Assembly (NCBI GenBank): GCA_018398765.1
Contig: JAHBMJ010000127.1
Coordinates: 1-57,107 of the forward strand
Source of the DNA: Chromera velia
Taxonomy: Eukaryota
Direction: 5' to 3'
Length of the DNA stretch: 57,107 nucleotides
The translations under genes were made by a program, and so were the position numbers. Shown one piece after another: positions 52,846-57,107 of the stretch. The first letter of the stretch is position 1. Each line of letters begins with the position of its first letter. The notes under the pieces were generated by a model that had not been told where the DNA came from, ran no database searches, and worked only from the letters and a program-made list of their open reading frames with translations.

Positions 52846-53129
52846 GTCTGATGAAGGTATCTGTTTGTTTTGCCTGACTTTTTTGCAGGAGTGGACGCTT
52901 TAAATTTGCAGTGTTGCAGACAAGAGGCCATGAAGTTGCAGTTGAAAACCCCTTATATATTCTGCATCCAATGGACTCATACGTCACCTGACGCCTATAT
53001 CCAGTCAATTGTGCACTTTCTAAGGATCAATTCAAAATGCAAAGTACAACGATGACGCGAGAATCGCCACAAACTTCAGGTCCATTGAATAGGCGAAGAG
53101 CAACATTTGTTTGAATTTCAGTCTGATTT

Positions 53130-53240
53130 CGGAAACGCGGCCGGCATGCATCGCGCGGCCCGCGGCAGCTTGTCTGCGCGAGCGGTTGCGGAGGCGCCAT
53201 GAGGCGCGCCCCTATATACGCGCGATCAAGCGCCGCCGCA
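53130..53240. promoter_or_regulatory. GC-rich island with GCATGCA in a bidirectional promoter
   Basis: CGCG-dense tract midway between divergent ATGs 52845 and 53512. Confidence 0.45.
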
Positions 53241-53511
53241 CCACCTTTCACCACACGAATCAGAACTTAATTGGACGGAGGTGCGAGCACTGCCAAGAAG
53301 CTCAGAATACACATAACTTCCGTTCCGGTGGGAGTGGGTCGATCCGTCTAGCCAAATCTGGCTGTGTTTGTGTGTGTTGTGTTCACACTTTTTGCAATCT
53401 CGATCAGCGCTCATCAGTTGCCACTGATCTCTACCCGTTTCTGCCTAGAGTGAAACGCACAGGAGCGCCGCACCTTAGCCATTCTTCCGTTTGAGTCTTA
53501 TTTGAGACATC

Positions 53512-54882
53512 ATGCCTGTCTGCCAGGTCTGCAAGTGCACTGACTACCGGTACACCTGCCCAAGGTGCCAGGTCCTCTACTGTTCCCTTCAGTGCTACAA
53601 GAAGCACAGCTCGGGGTGCACAGAGTCCTTCTACCAGAATGAGGTCGAGGAAGCCCTCAGGGCAGAGAGAGTCTCCCCAGAGGAGAAGGCAAAGTTAGAA
53701 AAGGCGCTGTACCTGCTTAATCACCCAGAGGAAGGGGATGAATCAGACAGCGAGGGTGAAGTGGGGGAAGCAGGGGAGGAGGAGACGGAAGGGGGAGACG
53801 GAGACGGGAGTATGAATGCCACCCGCTTGGCAGAATTGACAAGCCTTGCGGAGGCAGGACATTTGGGCCTTCACCATTTGAGTGAAAGTGAAATGCAGCA
53901 GTTTTTTTCGGCTGTAAAGCGAGGGGTTCTCTCTCCCCACCTGCCCAAGTACGAGCCTTGGTGGACGGACGTTTGCCTCGGTGAGGTAAAAAAAGAGACG
54001 GCCAAACAAGAATCAAAAGGGGAAGGAGAAGAGAGAGAGCTCCCCTTGTCTTTTCAGGATAGTTCCCACATTTGTTGCTCCGGCTCCAGACGTGTGCACG
54101 AGTCAGTACGGTTCTCAGTGCTTGAGTGTCTGTTTGCATACGCTCACTCGATGCGCACGTTTCAAGGCGGACCAGGAAGGGGTCCCTCTGTGTTTGAATG
54201 TGACTCTCCTTCCTCTGCCCTCTCATCAGACAAGGAGACAGTGGGAGAGGCCACTGAATTTGTTCTCCACTTTCTCCACCTGGCCCCGGTGCTCCACTCT
54301 CGGCAGGCGCCAGTGGAGAGTCTGCCCCTAGTGATCTCTGGACTTCTCGGAAGAGCCAAGACAATCTCGGGGGTGCAGAAGCAGGAGAAGGGAGGGGAAG
54401 GAGGAGGAGGAAACAGATTTTCCCTTCTCTGTCTGCGGGATGTTGCAGACCTAATGGCACACTCGAGTAGGAGTCTCCGGGCGTTGCGGCACATTCGGGC
54501 ACTGGTCGAGTTTGCAGACACTGCTCCGAGCACGCACGGCAGTGCGGGGGGGGAGGAGGGTGCAAGTGGACGTCTGGGAGCGAGGGGTCGTTTTGTGATT
54601 CGAAAGCTCGCTTTCTTCGAGTCATTTACGCGATTTCATTTCATGGGGGGGTTGGCAGCGCTGCCCTCCGTGGTTTGCACAGCAGTTGACGTGAGGATGG
54701 CAGAGGAGGGGGGAGATGATGGAGGAGCAGAGGAGAGCGATCTGAAGTTCAAATTCCTTCAGGGGCATCCGGACGGAGGGGCGATGGGAAGCTTTCGAGC
54801 CATCCCTGATCGGAAGGCGTCATATGCACCTGGCCCACCTTACAACAAGATATCTCGAGAGAGCATTGAAATGACCCCATGA
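53512..54882 (+). CDS. ZNHIT2: Zinc finger HIT domain protein, ZNHIT2-like, intronless, 456 aa
   Basis: CQVC...YTCPRCQVLYCSLQCYKKH...CTESFY is zf-HIT plus the ZNHIT2-type CxExFY extension. EPWW and KLAFF motifs lie downstream. Confidence 0.8.
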   Translation: MPVCQVCKCTDYRYTCPRCQVLYCSLQCYKKHSSGCTESFYQNEVEEALRAERVSPEEKAKLEKALYLLNHPEEGDESDSEGEVGEAGEEETEGGDGDGSMNATRLAELTSLAEAGHLGLHHLSESEMQQFFSAVKRGVLSPHLPKYEPWWTDVCLGEVKKETAKQESKGEGEERELPLSFQDSSHICCSGSRRVHESVRFSVLECLFAYAHSMRTFQGGPGRGPSVFECDSPSSALSSDKETVGEATEFVLHFLHLAPVLHSRQAPVESLPLVISGLLGRAKTISGVQKQEKGGEGGGGNRFSLLCLRDVADLMAHSSRSLRALRHIRALVEFADTAPSTHGSAGGEEGASGRLGARGRFVIRKLAFFESFTRFHFMGGLAALPSVVCTAVDVRMAEEGGDDGGAEESDLKFKFLQGHPDGGAMGSFRAIPDRKASYAPGPPYNKISRESIEMTP

Positions 54883-57070
54883 GAAGTGTTTCTTAGTATT
54901 TCCTGGAATTTATTTAGGCCGGAAAAGTTCCTGAGAAAGCGATGGAATGTTATCCCCAACCTGGCTTACATGGTCCATATAACAGTGTTACATTAAAAAT
55001 AATTTTGTATGAACGTCGTATGCAGCCTTCAATAGTAGTACTATGCATTAAATATATATTCTACTGAGGCTCTAGGTGCTCTTACATAGTACGTAGTAGT
55101 ATGGTTAGGTTTAAGCTTAATTAAGTCTCATGATAGTAGGATGGTTATCAGATGGCGTAGCTAGCCTCAGCTTAGTTGAAGTATAATAGGCCACAACGAA
55201 TTTTTATGCAACCAGAATGTTTGTTTTCAAACTAAATAAATAAAACCTTTTGAAACTAGTTTTAAAAATACTATAAAATAGTTCCTAGAATAGTTCAATT
55301 ATCTTATCGAATTTTTTTATATATATCTGAATTCTCTTATAAACTATAATAGCAGTATAGTATAGCTTAAAAGTCTTTCTTTTTAAAATCATATATGTTA
55401 TCATTATCATTATCAAACACGCATGAATGCATGGATAAACGGACCACCCGAGCCTAACAGAGGCTAGGGGTTAAGTCTTCTATCATCATCATCATACGCC
55501 ATCGCCATCGGCCTATAAATAGGCGTCTAGCGTTCGGCAGCAACGCACGATCGAGGTAGTTCGGTTCTTTATACCAGCAGTTCACTTTAATTTATATTTA
55601 ATTCAAACCAGGATACTTCTTTTTAAACTTTTCTACTTCCGGAGCAGCATGCTTGCGCATGAATGATGCTGATTCATGAGACGTGTCCGCCACCCATGCT
55701 AAGCTACTTCATAGCGCCAGCCCATGTACTATTTTTTTTGAAAAAGAAAAAAAAAAAAACACAAATATATGTTAGAATAAATGTAAAATTTCATTACAAT
55801 AAACTATAAAAACATACTTACAGCAACATACAGTCCTAGATACAGTCTATTACACAGTAAAAAACTGGGTAAAAAGTAGTAGTAAAAAGCTGTGTACATG
55901 TAGTGCTTGTAATCATTGATTCATTGAAGATTTTTGAGCGATTCTTTGCCGTGAAGGACAGCAAGGTGGGCGCACGATGCTGGACGCATACCGTGACATT
56001 GCCCTCTGCCTTGCCGTCTGTATTGATCCCCGGTGTCAGGCTTGACATGATCAAAGAATTCCAGGCACAGTCTTGGGCTGGGATCCCAGCCCGGCCAAGT
56101 GCTAGGCCAAGTGCCGCATTGATTCTCTGGCCCAGACTCTGGGTTGATCGACCCATGGATACCCAGTGTTACTCAGACACACTTTTTTCGAGTTCTCTTG
56201 GGATGTGTGGCAGTTGCATCTTTTGAATTCTTACCCCAGGATTCTGCATCCGCGGATTCTGCTCTGTACATACTGTATTCAACCATCAGGCACCGTCTTT
56301 AAAATTGCGCATTTGCGTCCCCGCGCAGCAAAAGTCGAGCCAACGACCACGCATGTGATGCAAGTCACACGCACGCAGACAGTCAGTACAAGAGAGAGAA
56401 AAGAGGGGACTACGTCGCCTCCAGCGTGGACGGAACAAGAGCAGACGCAGAGACGGACAGACATAGAGCGCGAAAAGGGTCGAAAGATAGAAGCACGTCA
56501 GATCAACTGACTGACCATGCTTGCGCTCAACTGACGTGGACACACAGCAGGAGGAAAGGTGGGGAACGCGCGGAATCGCTCCATGCAATGGCACAAAAAG
56601 GCAAAGCTCCTTAATTCAGGCATGCTCTTTCGCTGTTCCCCTCCAGAACCCCCCCCCTCCAAGCCATCCCTCTCGCTGCCCGCCCCCCTCTCAAACAAAC
56701 AACGCGCCCGCCCGCTACCCGACCACCCCGCGAGGCCACGTAAGCATTCAAGAAACGATCGAGGAAAGGTCTTCATTCATGCCATCTTTTCACGCAAACA
56801 CACAACTCAATTAATTCATGTCAGAACAAAAAACGATCATCAATAAACAAGCAAACATTCCCCCACCCCTCACGGATATGCACGCACCCATCTCAACAAC
56901 TCATGACTTTATTTACTTCGGTCAGCAAACTCATGCACCGACCCATGTGTCTCCAAACAGTAAACAGCCTTTCCCCAGCCCCTTCTGCCGAACACCTACG
57001 CTCACAGATTGAAGCCTAACGAAGTGTCTAAAAAAACGCACCCCTCTCCTCAAACTGCCCTCCCGATCCC

Positions 57071-57107
<37 letters not shown>

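Noticed and set aside
53717..54625. 302-aa minus-strand ORF
   Set aside because: Antisense shadow of the ZNHIT2-like gene, with no motifs.
55836..57107. Possible last exon(s) of a minus-strand gene running off the window
   Set aside because: A protein-like ORF is present, but no domain or verifiable exon chain supports it. The window ends in poly-C.

Overview
Eukaryotic, intron-rich, gapped draft scaffold. GTCAGT/GTGAGT donors, (GACA)n/(TTTC)n intronic microsatellites and TGCATGCA motifs point to an alveolate, most plausibly a chromerid such as Chromera velia (inference). Eight genes were modelled by hand. They are a PPIL4/Cyp59-type RRM protein with no cyclophilin domain, an intronless CCCH-finger plus EEP nuclease/phosphatase, a coiled-coil protein, a 12-exon STE20-family kinase, a long uncharacterised multi-exon gene, a secreted GH39-like glycosidase, a rhomboid protease and a ZNHIT2-like protein. 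Three signals stand out. (1) The EEP domain looks circularly permuted, with the catalytic SDH motif placed before the first strand. (2) A 7.6-kb DNA transposon at 6520-14132 has an 8-bp target-site duplication (GGAACACT), unusual ATCACCCC termini and a divergent P-like transposase, and sits in what was a bidirectional promoter. (3) There is a decayed OLD-type TOPRIM nuclease fragment at about 45.0-45.4 kb. No rRNA, tRNA or CRISPR array was seen. All family calls come from motif recognition by eye; no database searches were run.
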